A program made the translations under genes and the position numbers. 64,000 bases of DNA from an uncultured Gemmatimonadales bacterium (lineage in GTDB: Bacteria; Gemmatimonadota; Gemmatimonadetes; Longimicrobiales; RSA9). The stretch's first letter is position 1; every line of letters starts with the position of its first letter. This document shows positions 18,773 through 28,197 of this stretch, piece after piece. The notes under the pieces are model-generated. The model worked only from the letters and a program-made list of their open reading frames with translations, had not been told where the DNA came from and made no database searches. The stretch is from NCBI GenBank assembly GCA_963816355.1, contig CAWFKH010000004.1, positions 192,001 to 256,000 on the forward strand, given 5' to 3'.

Positions 18773-19543
18773 CTACGCCTCCTTCTCCTCCTCGGGCTCC
18801 GCTGCCTCGGCGCTCGCGGGCTCCGCCTCGGCGCTCGCGGACTCCTCCGCCTCGGCGCTCACGGACTCCGCTCTGGCCACCTCCGCCTCCGCCTCGCCGC
18901 CCGCGACATCCGCCGCATCCGCGCCGCCCGCCATCTCCGCGCTGCCGGTCGCCGCCGCCTCGTCGACGCTCGCGGCGCCGGTGGCCGGGCCCGCTTCCGC
19001 CGCCCCCTCCGCGGTCGCCTCGCCGGCCGCTTCCGCGCTCGCCTCGGCAGCCGGTTCCGCGGCGGCTTCCGTCTTCGCCGCACCGCGGCCACGGCTGCCG
19101 GGCTTCGCCGGCGCCTTGCGCGCCTTCGGCGACTCGGCCGCTTCCGCGCTCGCCGGCGGCGTGGCCTCCGCGGCGGCTTCGCCGGTCGGCTCGCCGCCCT
19201 CTCCCTTGCCGGTGCGTGTGCCGGGCCGGCCGAGTCGAGCCTTCAGTGCGGCGGCGGGTTTCGCCTCCGCCTCCGGCTTCATCAGGCCGACCTGATCGTC
19301 GCCGCCCTTGCGGGCCTTCACGATCAGGCTGTGCACCGTCAGGGAAGGCTCGGCGCCGCGGCCCAGCCAGAAGTCGACGCGGTCGAGATCGAGGCGCAAC
19401 TGCGCCGGCCGCGTGCGCGGGTTGTAGAAGCCGATGGCTTCGATGTAGGCGCCGTCGCGGGGCGCAGTGCGCTCGGCGATGACGACACGATAGCTCGGCT
19501 GCTTCTTCCGGCCCACTCGCCGGAGTCGAATCCTGACGGACAT
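18773..19543 (-). CDS. rpsP: 30S ribosomal protein S16 with long Ala/Glu-rich tail
   Basis: MSVRIRLRRVGRKKQPSYRVV...RDG...GFYNP. Confidence 0.97.
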   Translation of the reverse strand: MSVRIRLRRVGRKKQPSYRVVIAERTAPRDGAYIEAIGFYNPRTRPAQLRLDLDRVDFWLGRGAEPSLTVHSLIVKARKGGDDQVGLMKPEAEAKPAAALKARLGRPGTRTGKGEGGEPTGEAAAEATPPASAEAAESPKARKAPAKPGSRGRGAAKTEAAAEPAAEASAEAAGEATAEGAAEAGPATGAASVDEAAATGSAEMAGGADAADVAGGEAEAEVARAESVSAEAEESASAEAEPASAEAAEPEEEKEA

Positions 19544-19621
19544 AGCGTGAGGTCCTGGTTCGGTTCGGCCGGCGTCACGCCGGCGGTTGCCAGTTCTCTC
19601 TGCGCGCCCGGGTGCGGCCGC

Positions 19622-20983
19622 TCAGAAGGGCCCCGGAAGGCCGGGTACTCCCGGCATCCCCAGCCCGCGCCCGAGCCCCCGCCCGAGCCCCATCTTCCGC
19701 ATCCTCTTCATCATCTTCTGCATCTCGGCGAACTGCTTCATCAGCCGGTTCACCTCCTGCACCGGCCGGCCGGCACCCCGCGCGATGCGCGCGCGGCGGG
19801 AGCCGTTCAGGATCTGCGGCTTCTGCCGCTCCTGCGGCGTCATCGACAGGATGATCGCCTCCACGTGCCGGATCCGCCGCGGATCCATCTTCGCCTGCTT
19901 GAGCGCCTTGTGATCCACGCCGGGCACCATCTTCAGCAGGCCCTCCAGCGGCCCCAGCTTCTGGATCTGGCGCATCATCGCGAGGAAGTCCTCCAGATCG
20001 AACTTACCCTCCTTCGCCACGCGACGCTCGATCCGCTTCGCTTCGTCCGCGTCGAACGCCTGCTGCGCCTTCTCCACCAGGCCGACCACGTCCCCGCGCT
20101 GCAGGATCCGGTCGGCCATGCGCGACGGATCGAACAGCTCCAGACCGTCCGGCCGCTCTCCGACGCCGAGGTACTTGATCGGCACGCCGGTCGTCCCCCG
20201 GATCGACAGCGCCGCGCCGCCTCGCGCGTCGCCATCCATCTTCGTCAGGATCACGCCCGACAACCCCAGCGCCTCGTGGAAGCCCTCCGCGATGCGGACC
20301 GCCTCCTGCCCGATCATGCCGTCGACGACCAGCAGCGTCTCCGTGGGCTGCACCGCCTCCCGCACGCGCCGCAATTCGTCCATCATCGGCTCGTCGATCT
20401 GCAGCCGGCCGGCGGTGTCGAGCACCACGGCCCGATGCCGCTGCGCCTCCGCCTCCGCCAGCGCCCGCTTCGCCAGCCGGACCACGTCCTTCTCCTCGCG
20501 GTCCGCCATGACCGGCACGCCCACCTGGCCGCCCAGCGTCTCCAGCTGATCGATCGCCGCCGGCCGGTAGACGTCCAGCGCCGCCAGCAGCGGCTTGCGG
20601 CCCTCGCGCTCCAGCCGCCGCGCCAGCTTCGCCGCCGTCGTCGTCTTCCCCGACCCCTGCAGCCCCACCAGCAGCACGATCGTCGGACCCACCGACGCCG
20701 TCTTCAGGCCACCGCGCTCCTCGCCCAGCAGATGGACCAGCTCGTCATGGACGACCTTCACCACCTGCTGTCCGGGCGACACCGACTTCAGCACCTGCTC
20801 GCCGAGCGCCCGCGTCTCCACGCGCGACAGGAACTCGCGCGTCAGCTTGTAGTTGACGTCCGCCTCCAGCAGGACGCGCCGGATCTCGCGCAGACCCTCA
20901 CGGATCATCGGCTCCGTGAGCACGCCGCGCTGCTTGAACCGGCTCAGTACGCCGTCGAGTTTGTCCGACAGCTCCTCGAACAT
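19622..20983 (-). CDS. ffh: Signal recognition particle protein
   Basis: GLQGSGKTT, DTAGR, TKMDGDARGG, Met-rich M domain. Confidence 0.98.
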   Translation of the reverse strand: MFEELSDKLDGVLSRFKQRGVLTEPMIREGLREIRRVLLEADVNYKLTREFLSRVETRALGEQVLKSVSPGQQVVKVVHDELVHLLGEERGGLKTASVGPTIVLLVGLQGSGKTTTAAKLARRLEREGRKPLLAALDVYRPAAIDQLETLGGQVGVPVMADREEKDVVRLAKRALAEAEAQRHRAVVLDTAGRLQIDEPMMDELRRVREAVQPTETLLVVDGMIGQEAVRIAEGFHEALGLSGVILTKMDGDARGGAALSIRGTTGVPIKYLGVGERPDGLELFDPSRMADRILQRGDVVGLVEKAQQAFDADEAKRIERRVAKEGKFDLEDFLAMMRQIQKLGPLEGLLKMVPGVDHKALKQAKMDPRRIRHVEAIILSMTPQERQKPQILNGSRRARIARGAGRPVQEVNRLMKQFAEMQKMMKRMRKMGLGRGLGRGLGMPGVPGLPGPF

Positions 20984-21022
20984 CACGCGTCCTGCGGCAA
21001 GAGGTCTGCTCGAAAGCCCTGA

Positions 21023-21051
21023 AACATAAGGGAGGGGGCCGGGATGCTCAA
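21023..21051 (-). promoter_or_regulatory. sigma70-like promoter of ffh operon
   Basis: TTGAGC-N17-TATGTT in the purA-ffh gap. Confidence 0.55.
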
Positions 21052-21067
21052 GGGCGCGAAGTGGCGC

Positions 21068-22357
21068 TCACGCCGAGGCCCGGATGATCTGCTCCCGCTC
21101 CGTGCCCACCGAGACGAACCAGATGGGGACGCCGGTGAGCTCCTCGACGCGATCGAGGTAGCGGCGGGCTTCGCGGGGAAGGTCGCGATGGTCGCGGGCG
21201 CCGGCGCTCGGGCGGTTCCACCCGGGCAGTGTCTCGTAGACCGGCTCCGCCTGCTCGAGGAGGGAGAGGTCGTCGGGGAAGGCGGTGAGGTGGCCGTCGG
21301 GCAGCCGGTAGCCGGTGCAGATGCGAACTTCGTCGAAGGCGTCGAGGACGTCGAGCTTGGTGAGCGCGAGGCCGGTCAGGCCGTTGACGCGGGCGGCGTA
21401 ACGCACGACGACGGCATCGAACCAGCCGCAGCGGCGAGGGCGGCCGGTGGTGGCGCCGTACTCGCCCCCGAGCTCGCGAAGCCGCTCGCCCGCGTCGTCG
21501 AGCATCTCGGTGGGCAGGGGTCCGCTGCCGACGCGCGTGGTGTACGCCTTGACGACGCCGAGGACGGCGTCGACCGCGGTGGGGCCGATGCCGACGCCCG
21601 TGGCGGCCGCGCCCGCCGTCGTGTTCGAGGAGGTGACGAAGGGGTAGGTGCCGTGGTCGACGTCGAGGAGCGCGCCCTGCGCCCCTTCGAGGAGGACGCT
21701 GCGTCCGGCGCGCAGCGCGTCGTCGATCTCCTGCCCGGTCTCGGTGAGCAGCGGGATCAGACGCTCGCGCAGCGCCATCGTCCGCCGCACGATGGCGTCG
21801 ACGTCGACGCGCTCGGCGGCGCCGGCGGAGCGCAGCCGCTCGCCCGCGCGTTCGGCGGCGCTGCGGATGCGCTCCTCGGCGGCGTCCTCGCGGCGCAGGT
21901 CCCCGGCGCGCACGCCCACGCGCGCGACCTTGTCCTCGTAGGCGGGGCCGATGCCCTTGCCGGTGGTGCCGATCTTCGCCTCGCCGAGGCGCGTCTCGCT
22001 CACCTTGTCGAGCAGACGATGGTAAGCGAGGAGCAGATGTGCGCGGCCGCTCACGCCCACCCTCGCCGCCGCCTCGACGCCGCGCGCCTGCAGCGCGTCC
22101 ATCTCCTCGAAGAACTGCTCGATGTCGAAGACCACGCCGTTGCCGAGCAGACAGCGCTTCTCGGGGTGCAGGATGCCGGACGGGATCTGGTGCAGCACGA
22201 ACTCCTCGCTGCCCACGTGCACCGTGTGGCCGGCGTTGGCGCCGCCCTGATAGCGCGCGACGATGTCCGCCTCCTCGGCGAGCACGTCCACGATCTTGCC
22301 CTTGCCTTCGTCGCCCCACTGGGCGCCGACGACGATGAGACAGCGATGTCCGTTCAT
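21068..22357 (-). CDS. purA: Adenylosuccinate synthetase
   Basis: GAQWGDEGKGK, GGANAGHT, GATTGRPRRCGWFD. Confidence 0.98.
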   Translation of the reverse strand: MNGHRCLIVVGAQWGDEGKGKIVDVLAEEADIVARYQGGANAGHTVHVGSEEFVLHQIPSGILHPEKRCLLGNGVVFDIEQFFEEMDALQARGVEAAARVGVSGRAHLLLAYHRLLDKVSETRLGEAKIGTTGKGIGPAYEDKVARVGVRAGDLRREDAAEERIRSAAERAGERLRSAGAAERVDVDAIVRRTMALRERLIPLLTETGQEIDDALRAGRSVLLEGAQGALLDVDHGTYPFVTSSNTTAGAAATGVGIGPTAVDAVLGVVKAYTTRVGSGPLPTEMLDDAGERLRELGGEYGATTGRPRRCGWFDAVVVRYAARVNGLTGLALTKLDVLDAFDEVRICTGYRLPDGHLTAFPDDLSLLEQAEPVYETLPGWNRPSAGARDHRDLPREARRYLDRVEELTGVPIWFVSVGTEREQIIRASA

Positions 22358-22361
22358 CGGC

Positions 22362-23591
22362 TCAGTTCCGCTCCGTTCGGCCGGTCAGGCCCGGCGGCAG
22401 CACGTCGCCGCGCGGCGGCGCGGGCGAGCGCAGCAGCGCGAGCGCGCCATCGACGAGCGCGATCGCACGGCCCACGCCGTCGCCGCGCAGGTGATCGAGG
22501 TCGTCGCTCGGCAGGTGGACGCGGCGCAGTGAGCGCGACGTGCCCCGCATCAGCGTGATCGCCGGCGTGCCCGCGTCCGCGAAGGCGACGTGCTCCACCC
22601 TGAGCCCGAAAGGAAGGCTCCGCCGCACGACCGACTCGCCCAGCGCGTTCGCGGCGGCGAGCAGGGTCGCCGCGAGGTTCGGCGCGAAGCCGCGGCGTCG
22701 CGGCCAGCCGTAGCGCTCGACGAGGTGGAAGTCGCCCTCGTCGTCGAAGCCATCGAGGTTGATCAGCCCCATCACTTTCGGCAGGCGCCGCGCGGCGGCG
22801 CGCGCCCCGGCGAGGCCGAACTCCTCCGCGTCGGTGAGCAGCAGCCCGACCTCGGGAACGCCCGCGACCCTGCGCGCGACGCCGAGCGTGGCCGCGAGGC
22901 CGGTCGCGTTGTCCAGCGCGCCGGGCGAGTCGTTGCCGACGCCGCAGAAGGCAAGGAACCAGCCGCAGCCGAGCGCGGTGAGGCCGGCGATGCCGACGAA
23001 GGCGGAGTCGAGCACGTCGGGCACGCCCAGGCCGAGTGCCCCCGCGAGCACGAGGCCGGCCAGACCCAGGCCGGCGCCGACGAACAGGGCGGTGCGCGCC
23101 GCCGTCGGCACGGGCTGGGACTTGCTGTCCCGATGCGCGGCGATCAGGTAGCGGGGGCGGCGGCCGTCGGCCGTCGCGAGCCAGTTCACGCCGTCCCGGC
23201 GGCCCCACGGCAGGCGCCCCGCCGTGACGTCGCCGAAGGCGCCGATCCCCGCGCCGCACGCGAGCGCGACCGCTGAGGCGAGCAACGCCGCGAGCGCCAT
23301 CCCGTTCAGCGCCAGGATCATCGCCGCGCCCGCGCCCAGGAAGATCGCCGCGCCCGCGATCGGGATGCCGTACAGCCCCGGCCAGGCGGAGAACGAGAAC
23401 GGAATCGGCTCGATCCCGTAGCCCGCCTCCTCGATCCGCTCGCGCAGGCGCGCATCGACTTCACGCGCTCCCTCGGAGCCCGCCAGTCGGGGCAGCGCGA
23501 GAGCCTCCAGGTCCGCGCGCGCGGCGGCGTTCTCTTCCGCCGTCGCCGCTCGGACGAGGTCCTTCGCATCCTCCGTGCGGATCCTCAGCAT
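22362..23591 (-). CDS. Membrane-embedded M28 family metallopeptidase
   Basis: AHRDS, GALDNATG, DAEEFG, NLDG, VH-x-PSD motifs with inserted TM hairpins. Confidence 0.8.
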   Translation of the reverse strand: MLRIRTEDAKDLVRAATAEENAAARADLEALALPRLAGSEGAREVDARLRERIEEAGYGIEPIPFSFSAWPGLYGIPIAGAAIFLGAGAAMILALNGMALAALLASAVALACGAGIGAFGDVTAGRLPWGRRDGVNWLATADGRRPRYLIAAHRDSKSQPVPTAARTALFVGAGLGLAGLVLAGALGLGVPDVLDSAFVGIAGLTALGCGWFLAFCGVGNDSPGALDNATGLAATLGVARRVAGVPEVGLLLTDAEEFGLAGARAAARRLPKVMGLINLDGFDDEGDFHLVERYGWPRRRGFAPNLAATLLAAANALGESVVRRSLPFGLRVEHVAFADAGTPAITLMRGTSRSLRRVHLPSDDLDHLRGDGVGRAIALVDGALALLRSPAPPRGDVLPPGLTGRTERN

Positions 23592-23619
23592 CGTCTGCCT
23601 TCCAGGAGCGTGAACGAGG

Positions 23620-24522
23620 TCAGACGAGACCCGCCTGCTGCATCACGCGCGCCACCTCCGCGCGCTGCTTCTCGCTCACCGCCTGCAGCGGCGGTCGCGG
23701 CGGCCCGCCCGCGTAACCGATCATCTCGAGCGCCGCCTTGAGCGCGCCGATGCCCATGCGCGCGACGATCTCGCGGTGCACCGGCGCGATCCGCTCCTGC
23801 ACCTCGCCCGCCTCCCGCGATCGCCCCTCGCCGTGGAGCCGCACGATCGCGGCACATTCGCGCGGCGCCAGCAGGCCCAGCGCGCAGACGCCGCCGGCCC
23901 CGCCCAGCTCCAGCGCCGTATAGAGCAGCGCACCGTTGCCGATCATGAGCCGGCACTCGTCCGCGCACACCTCGCTGAACGCGGCGAAGCGCTTCACGTC
24001 CCCGCTCGAGTCCTTGAGACCGATGATGTTGTCGTGCCGCACAAGCTCCGCGACGAGGCCCGCTTCGATCGCGACGTGCGTGTACTTCGGGATGTTGTAG
24101 AGCACGACCGGCACCGGCGACGCGTCCGCGACGGCGAGGTAGTGATCCCGCAACGCCGCGGGACCGACGTGCTCGCCGAAGTACCAGGGCGGATGCACGA
24201 TGACGCCGTCGGCGCCCGCCGCGGCGAGGTGCTGCGCCTGTCGCACCGTGGCGCGCGTCGACTCGGCGGCGGCGCCGGCGATCAGCGGCAGCGTCGGCGG
24301 CACGACGTCGCGGGCGTAGCCGGTCAGACGCTCCTTCTCTTCCTCGTCGAGCAGCGGCCCCTCGCCGTTCGAACCGAAGAGGACGATGCCATCGAGCGGC
24401 TCGGCCGCCCACCTCCGCAGATTGTCGCGGAAGTGGATCACCTCGACGTCGCCGCTCACGGCGTCGAAGTTCGTGGTTACGGGAACGAAGATGCCGCGCA
24501 GGTCCGGAAGCGGCCTAGGCAA
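23620..24522 (-). CDS. DapA/NAL-family class I aldolase, HOGA-like
   Basis: GSNGE, YNIP, GLKDSSGD Schiff-base motif. Confidence 0.85.
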   Translation of the reverse strand: MPRPLPDLRGIFVPVTTNFDAVSGDVEVIHFRDNLRRWAAEPLDGIVLFGSNGEGPLLDEEEKERLTGYARDVVPPTLPLIAGAAAESTRATVRQAQHLAAAGADGVIVHPPWYFGEHVGPAALRDHYLAVADASPVPVVLYNIPKYTHVAIEAGLVAELVRHDNIIGLKDSSGDVKRFAAFSEVCADECRLMIGNGALLYTALELGGAGGVCALGLLAPRECAAIVRLHGEGRSREAGEVQERIAPVHREIVARMGIGALKAALEMIGYAGGPPRPPLQAVSEKQRAEVARVMQQAGLV

Positions 24523-25579
24523 GGGTCCGCATCCGCAGATCGAAGTCGGTGGGATTGGTCGCTGCCGCGCGCGCCGCCTCGTACGTCACGGTGCCCGCGG
24601 CGACCAGCTGCATCAGGTGCTGATCGAACGTCTGGGAGCCGTACTGGTCGCGTCCCTCGGCGACGAAGTCCGGGATCTCGGCCGTGCGTTCGGGATCGAG
24701 GATCGCGTCGCGGATCGCGCCGGTCACCACCATCACCTCGCACGCCGCGACGCGCCGTGGCCCCGTCGTTCGCTTGACCAGTCGCTGACTCACGATCCCC
24801 ACCAGCGACTCCGCGAGGCGGACGCGCGCCATCTCCTGCTCGTGCGGCGGGAAGACGGCGACGGTGCGGCCCACCGTCTTCACGGCGTTCTCGGTGTGCA
24901 GCGTCGAGAGGACGAGGTGCCCGGTCTCGGCCGCCTTCAGCGCGATGTCGATCGTCTCGACGTCGCGCATCTCTCCCACCAGCACCACGTCCGGATCCTC
25001 GCGCAGCGCCGCCCGCAACCCCACGGCGAAGCTCGCGGTGTCCGTCCCGATCTCGCGCTGCGTGATCGAGCTCGTGACGTCGCGGTGGAGAAATTCGATC
25101 GGGTCCTCGAGCGTCACGATGTGCTTCCGCCGCACGCGGTTGATCTCCGCGACCATGGCGGCGAGCGTCGTGCTCTTGCCGGCGCCCGTCGCCCCCGTCA
25201 CCAGCACGAGGCCGCGCTCCGCGAGCGCCAGTTGCGCCAGGGCCGGCGGCAGCTCGAGCTCCCCCAGCGTCGGTACCTCGAACGGGATCGTGCGCAGGAC
25301 CGCCGAGAAGGAGCCGCGCTGGCGCAGCAGGTTCACGCGAAAGCGCCCCACGCCCGGCGCCCCGAACGAACAGTCGTAGTCGAGCAGCTCGTCGATGCGG
25401 TCCCGGTCCGACGGGAGCGGGATGAGCTGCACCGCCATTTCCCGCGTCTGCTCCGGCGTCAGCCGCTGCTTCGTCAGCGGCAGCAGCTCGCCCTGTACGC
25501 GGATGCGCACGACGTCGCCCGCCTTGAGGTGGATGTCGGACGCGCCCCGTTGCACGGCCGCTTTCAGGATGTCGATCAT
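24515..25579 (-). CDS. PilT/PilU family retraction ATPase
   Basis: ASDIHL, GATGAGKSTT, TLEDPIE, ALREDPDV, GHLVLSTLH. Confidence 0.92.
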   Translation of the reverse strand: MIDILKAAVQRGASDIHLKAGDVVRIRVQGELLPLTKQRLTPEQTREMAVQLIPLPSDRDRIDELLDYDCSFGAPGVGRFRVNLLRQRGSFSAVLRTIPFEVPTLGELELPPALAQLALAERGLVLVTGATGAGKSTTLAAMVAEINRVRRKHIVTLEDPIEFLHRDVTSSITQREIGTDTASFAVGLRAALREDPDVVLVGEMRDVETIDIALKAAETGHLVLSTLHTENAVKTVGRTVAVFPPHEQEMARVRLAESLVGIVSQRLVKRTTGPRRVAACEVMVVTGAIRDAILDPERTAEIPDFVAEGRDQYGSQTFDQHLMQLVAAGTVTYEAARAAATNPTDFDLRMRTLA

Positions 25580-25621
25580 CGATGCGTCCACCCCGGGGAA
25601 GCAGGAGGAGAGGGAGTCAAG

Positions 25622-26734
25622 TTAATAGCCCGCGTCGCTGTCGACCACGTTGCGCAGCGGCAGCCCGCCGAGGTAACGTCCGACGTTGTCGCGGATCAGC
25701 GCCGTCTCCCGCTCCCAGTAGCGCCGCGAGTACGCGGACGTGTGCGGCGTGAGCAGCACGTTCGGCAGCTTCCACAGCGGACTTTCCGGCGCCAGCGGCT
25801 CCCGCTCGAAGACGTCCAGTGCCGCGCCGCGCAGCCGCTCCTCGCGCAGCGCGGCGACGAGTGCAGCCTCGTCCACGATGGCGCCGCGCGCGACGTTCAC
25901 CAGCACCGCCGACCGCTTCATGCGCGCCAGCGCCGCCGCGTCGATCATGCCGACCGTCGCCGGCGTCTCCGGCACCGCCACCACCACGTAGTCCGACTCC
26001 GCGAGCAGCCGCTCCAGCCCGGGCGCGCCGTAGACGACGTCGTCCGCCGCTTCCGCGACGCCCGCTGCGCCACCCGCGCCGCCCGCAGCACCGACCGGCT
26101 CGCCGGCCCCCTCCACGGCCGCCGCCTCGCTCGCGCGCCGCCGCTTCAGGGCGACGACGCGCGCGCCCAGCGCCCGCGCCCGCCGGGCCACCTCGCGCCC
26201 GACGCCGCCGTAGCCGACGACGCCGACCGTCGAGCCGGCCACCTCGCGAATCGGCGAGTCGTCGGCGTCGAACGGCGCCTTGCCCCACTCGCCGCGCGCC
26301 TGCGAGCGCACCGCCCAGTCGAGACCGCGCGCGAAGTGCAGCAGCGCCGCGAGCACGCTCTCCGCCATCGGCGCCGCCTGCACCCCCGCGGAGTTGGTGA
26401 AGACGACGTCGGCCGCGCGCATCTCCGGCGTCAGCGAGCCGCGCACGCCGGCCGCGCCCGTGTGTACCCACCGCAGGCGGCGCCCCACACGGAGGATCTC
26501 GGCCGGAATGCCGAAGCCGAAGTAGACCTCGGCGCTACGCACGGCCTCGAGCGCTTCCCGCGAGGCGCCGTGGCCGCCGTCGCCGCGCCCATCGACCGGT
26601 GTCTCGAGAACGACCACGTCCCACTCCGCCGGGAACGCGGCGCGGATCCGCGCGCTCGCCTCCGGCGGCACCCGCCAGATGGGGCGCGCATCGCTCAGAT
26701 CGATGACGGCACGGCGCGGGTCTCCCTTCGTCAT
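25622..26734 (-). CDS. D-2-hydroxyacid dehydrogenase
   Basis: GYGGVG, LVNVARG, ALDVFEREPL, LTPH. Confidence 0.92.
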   Translation of the reverse strand: MTKGDPRRAVIDLSDARPIWRVPPEASARIRAAFPAEWDVVVLETPVDGRGDGGHGASREALEAVRSAEVYFGFGIPAEILRVGRRLRWVHTGAAGVRGSLTPEMRAADVVFTNSAGVQAAPMAESVLAALLHFARGLDWAVRSQARGEWGKAPFDADDSPIREVAGSTVGVVGYGGVGREVARRARALGARVVALKRRRASEAAAVEGAGEPVGAAGGAGGAAGVAEAADDVVYGAPGLERLLAESDYVVVAVPETPATVGMIDAAALARMKRSAVLVNVARGAIVDEAALVAALREERLRGAALDVFEREPLAPESPLWKLPNVLLTPHTSAYSRRYWERETALIRDNVGRYLGGLPLRNVVDSDAGY

Positions 26735-27415
26735 CTAGACGACGCGCACGCCGCGCACGCCGGGCGAGCGCAGCAACGCGGTGACCGTGGCGTCGAAAGG
26801 TCCGCGCGCGCCGGCGACCTCGACCGTGGCCTGCAGGCTCACCTCGTCCTGCACGACGTCCTCGGTGCGCACGCGGTAGCCGCGCTCGGTGAGGAGGTCG
26901 CGGGCACCCTCGAGCGCGTCGAGATCCGGCGCGAGGGTCAGGCGCAGGGTGTGGATGCGGCGGCGAACCAGGCGATGCTCGACCTTGCCCAGAATGAGAA
27001 GCGTCACCAGGACGAGCGAGGTCGTGCCCACGGCGGCGACGTACTCCCGCGCGCCGACGGCGATGCCGATCGCTGCGACCACCCACAGCGTCGCGGCGGT
27101 GGTCAGCCCGATGATCGAGCCGCGCGACTGCAGGATCGTGCCCGCGCCCAGGAACCCGATGCCGCTCACGACCTGCGCCGCGATGCGCGCCGGGTCGCCG
27201 CGCACCGCCGCGACCGGTCCGCCGGCCCTCGCCACCTCGACGGAGAGGTGCGTCAGCAGCGCCGCCCCCAGGCAGATGAGGAGGTTGGTGCGGAAGCCGG
27301 CGGGCTTGCCGTTCACCTCGCGCTCGAGCCCGATGGCGCCGCCCAGCAGCGCCGCCAGCAGCAGCTCGCCGAGGAGGCCCAGGCGCAACTCTTCCACCAG
27401 CGGCAGGCTCGTCAT
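26735..27415 (-). CDS. MgtC/SapB family membrane protein
   Basis: IGLERE, AGFRTN, DPARIAAQVVSGIGFLGAG, GLTTAATLW. Confidence 0.93.
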   Translation of the reverse strand: MTSLPLVEELRLGLLGELLLAALLGGAIGLEREVNGKPAGFRTNLLICLGAALLTHLSVEVARAGGPVAAVRGDPARIAAQVVSGIGFLGAGTILQSRGSIIGLTTAATLWVVAAIGIAVGAREYVAAVGTTSLVLVTLLILGKVEHRLVRRRIHTLRLTLAPDLDALEGARDLLTERGYRVRTEDVVQDEVSLQATVEVAGARGPFDATVTALLRSPGVRGVRVV

Positions 27416-27477
27416 CTCCCTCGCTCGGTTCGAACCGCTTCGTCCACCCGGCGCTCCGGCAGGACGCTGAACGACTG

Positions 27478-28194
27478 CTAGTCGTTGAGCCGCCGCAGCT
27501 CCTTCAGGAGCGCCGTCTTGTCGCGCGTTTGCGCGTCGATCTCCTTGATCACCCGCGCCGGCTGCCCCGCGGCCACCACGTTCTCCGGCACGTCCCGCGT
27601 CACCACCGCGCCCGCCGCGACCACGCTGCCCCGCCCCACCCGGCAGCCCTCGAGCACGACCGCGTTGGCGCCCACCAGCACGCCGTCCTCGATCACCACC
27701 GGCTGCGCGCTCGGCGGCTCGAGCACGCCCGCCAGCACCGCCCCCGCGCCAATGTGGCAGTCGCAGCCCACCTCCGCCCGGGCGCCGACCACCGCGTTCA
27801 TGTCGATCATCGTACCCGCCCCCACCACCGCCCCGACGTTGATCACCGCCCCCATCATCACGATCACGTTGTCGCCGATGCCGGCTCCCGCGCGGATCAC
27901 CGAGCCCGGCTCAATGCGGGCGTTCACGCCCTTCAAGTCGAGCAGCGGCAGCGCCGAGTTGCGCCGGTCGTTCTGCACGTCGAAGTAGCGGATCTTCGCC
28001 TTCTCCCTCTCGAGCACCGCGCGCACCGCGCTCCACTCCCCCACCAGGATCGTGGTGCCGCCGCCGGTCGGGAAGAAGAGCGGCGCCGGCGTGGTCTGCG
28101 CCTCGGCCAGCACGCCGTCGTGGCGCACGAGCACGCGCACCGGCGTGGTTTTGACAGCGTTCGCGATGAGGTCCCGGATCGTCTCGTAGTCCAT
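27478..28194 (-). CDS. dapH: Tetrahydrodipicolinate N-acetyltransferase
   Basis: KTTPV and NDRRNSALPLLD-x4-ARIEPG N-terminal signature, hexapeptide repeats, LAGVLEPPSA. Confidence 0.9.
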   Translation of the reverse strand: MDYETIRDLIANAVKTTPVRVLVRHDGVLAEAQTTPAPLFFPTGGGTTILVGEWSAVRAVLEREKAKIRYFDVQNDRRNSALPLLDLKGVNARIEPGSVIRAGAGIGDNVIVMMGAVINVGAVVGAGTMIDMNAVVGARAEVGCDCHIGAGAVLAGVLEPPSAQPVVIEDGVLVGANAVVLEGCRVGRGSVVAAGAVVTRDVPENVVAAGQPARVIKEIDAQTRDKTALLKELRRLND

Positions 28195-28197
28195 CGC

